Positions 63,998-64,000 of a stretch of DNA of 64,000 nt are shown here, piece by piece. The position numbers were made by a program, and so were the translations under genes. The stretch is from contig CAZTTH010000008.1 of the NCBI GenBank assembly GCA_964615975.1, forward strand, positions 13,814 to 77,813, written 5' to 3'. Origin of the DNA: an uncultured Lentisphaerales bacterium. GTDB lineage: Bacteria > Verrucomicrobiota > Lentisphaeria > JABSQK01 > JAJFLO01. Below the pieces are notes generated by a model. That model had not been told where the DNA came from. It made no database searches and saw only the letters and a program-made list of their open reading frames with translations. Numbering within the stretch: the stretch's first letter is position 1; every line of letters begins with the position of its first letter.

Positions 63998-64000
63998 TGC

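Overview
This 64-kb window is bacterial chromosomal DNA with roughly balanced GC and dense housekeeping content. Only the following were judged by eye from the six-frame track: hemH 3' end, a VapB/VapC pair, a DUF2760–Hsp70 module, rnpB, alaS, recF, dnaN, pilT/pilC, cdaA/cdaR, hpt, queD/queE, pyrC, gyrB/gyrA, a sensor Ser/Thr kinase, cmk, rarA, rny, nadE and pheS. The standout region is about 5.8–20.7 kb, which carries one uninterrupted minus-strand block of defense-type genes that ends right next to the RNase P RNA gene. Read from its upstream end to its downstream end, this block contains a type III-like Res helicase-nuclease, Fic, RhuM, a small RHH protein, and a long type III-like Mod methyltransferase. 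The Mod ORF has a four-helix-bundle ('23S IVS protein' family) ORF nested in another frame. An AlbA_2/HATPase gene is translationally coupled to mod. An AT-rich promoter-like gap follows. Next comes a 50-codon relic of a helicase 5' end and a three-gene operon of uncharacterized proteins. The block ends with a 690-aa UvrD-like SF1 helicase whose N-terminus looks like a RelE/ParE fold. The three-gene cassette is bracketed by a roughly 88%-identical 96-bp direct repeat of the helicase start codon plus its first 32 codons. I regard this cassette plus helicase as the best candidate for an undescribed defense module. A second mosaic junction is a short duplicated peptide/DNA segment at the 3' ends of res and rhuM, which flanks the Fic–RhuM pair. 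Other things worth a second look are recurrent short DNA motifs and palindromic hairpins inside mod, a vapC with an in-frame ochre stop, a divergent tubulin/FtsZ-superfamily GTPase at the right edge, and two unexplained noncoding regions of 0.7–0.8 kb. No CRISPR array, transposase or integrase was recognised.
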